From Laetmonice hystrix (Eukaryota): a stretch of DNA of 64,000 nt. A program made the translations under genes and the position numbers. Each line of letters begins with the position of its first letter. Within the stretch, counting starts at the first letter, position 1. Positions 63,301-64,000 of this stretch are shown here, piece after piece. The stretch covers positions 3,412,001 to 3,476,000 of the forward strand of contig OZ249436.1 in the NCBI GenBank assembly GCA_965235115.1, written 5' to 3'. The notes beneath the pieces are model-generated. The model did not search any database. It was not told the origin of the DNA and saw nothing but the letters and a program-made list of their open reading frames with translations.

Positions 63301-64000
63301 CTGTAGTGTTCGCTGGGGTGCTAGGCCAGCCAGTACCTTGTAGCGATTTCTCACTGTACCGTTTGTCCTCCCTGTACCGTTTGCTTGTACACAACAGTAG
63401 CCAGTAATATAGGGACGCCTCATGTTTCATGTTTCCATGCCTTTATTGTCCAGGAGGCAGGCCATACGTTTCGTCTATTATCTACTCCCATCTAATCTAT
63501 GTCCCCTAGGACCATCTGTAAGCGTGCGAACACGTTGTCAGGTCGTCCCAATGACTGTTTGCCGTAAAGGTTTAGTTAACAATGGCAAATGACGTTGTAC
63601 GCCTTTTCTATATCAGATATCCCATCCCCAAGTAAGAAACAAACAAAGAAAGAGTACAGAGATTTGCAGGTAAGAAACACCAGGGTGCAGCGCAGCTCTA
63701 CTGAAGCGGCGGCAGAGGCGGTGACTGCACTGCCATCTTCCGGCTACCGGCGGAATCACCACGTATACCTGGCCGGGCTGGCGGGCACCTGTGGCTCTTA
63801 GGTTAAAGCAATGAGAAGCGAAAAATGGCTACATTTCTGATACGTCAAATTAAAACTACGCCCCCCAAGGTTATGATTCTTAGGCCAGATGTATAACTGT
63901 CAAACGTATAGGTCTCGTACGTTCGCTACAGATATATGGTTGTGATGTGTATACTTCCCATTTGAGTATCTTCTCCAGATTTTAACATTAGATGCTCCTC
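27338..64000. repeat. Tandem satellite array, same ~853 bp monomer, ~43 copies (right of insertion; continues beyond the window end)
   Basis: Resumes at GTGTAT-ACTTCCC, the point where the left array was interrupted. Monomers differ only by a limited set of recurrent SNPs and small indels. Confidence 0.98.

Noticed and set aside
21..63801. Recurrent 70/73/89/114/118-aa ORFs in every satellite monomer
   Set aside because: No recognisable domains. Monomer variants freely introduce frameshifts and stops (89 vs 118 aa forms; the 70-aa ORF is lost near 45738, 49985, 60190 and 61889), as expected for non-coding repeats.

Overview
Eukaryotic (probably invertebrate animal) DNA. A tandem satellite array with a ~853-bp monomer (~53 copies, 1-8461 and 27338-64000) is interrupted by one apparently young, intact Polinton/Maverick (adintovirus-like endogenous dsDNA virus) at 8462-27337 (18,876 bp). 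The element has AGTAGT...ACTACT ends, a perfect 6-bp TSD (GTGTAT) and long, almost identical TIRs. It encodes a packaging ATPase, a DDE integrase with chromodomain, minor and major capsid proteins and a protein-primed PolB. Unusual features: (1) a full-length intronless homologue of the RNA ligase RLIG1/C12orf29 next to the left TIR; (2) a PolB gene that appears to carry eight extra small coding exons, all joined in phase 0, adding acidic repeats and an NLS; (3) an LRR transmembrane gene nested antisense in the first PolB intron; (4) no recognisable adenain protease; (5) TIR hairpins built from TCAAGGTCA motifs. Some satellite monomers carry a Tc1-like TACATGTA footprint at the same site the Polinton used. 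The ORFs called in the satellite are treated as spurious. All family assignments come from motif recognition by eye; no searches were run.
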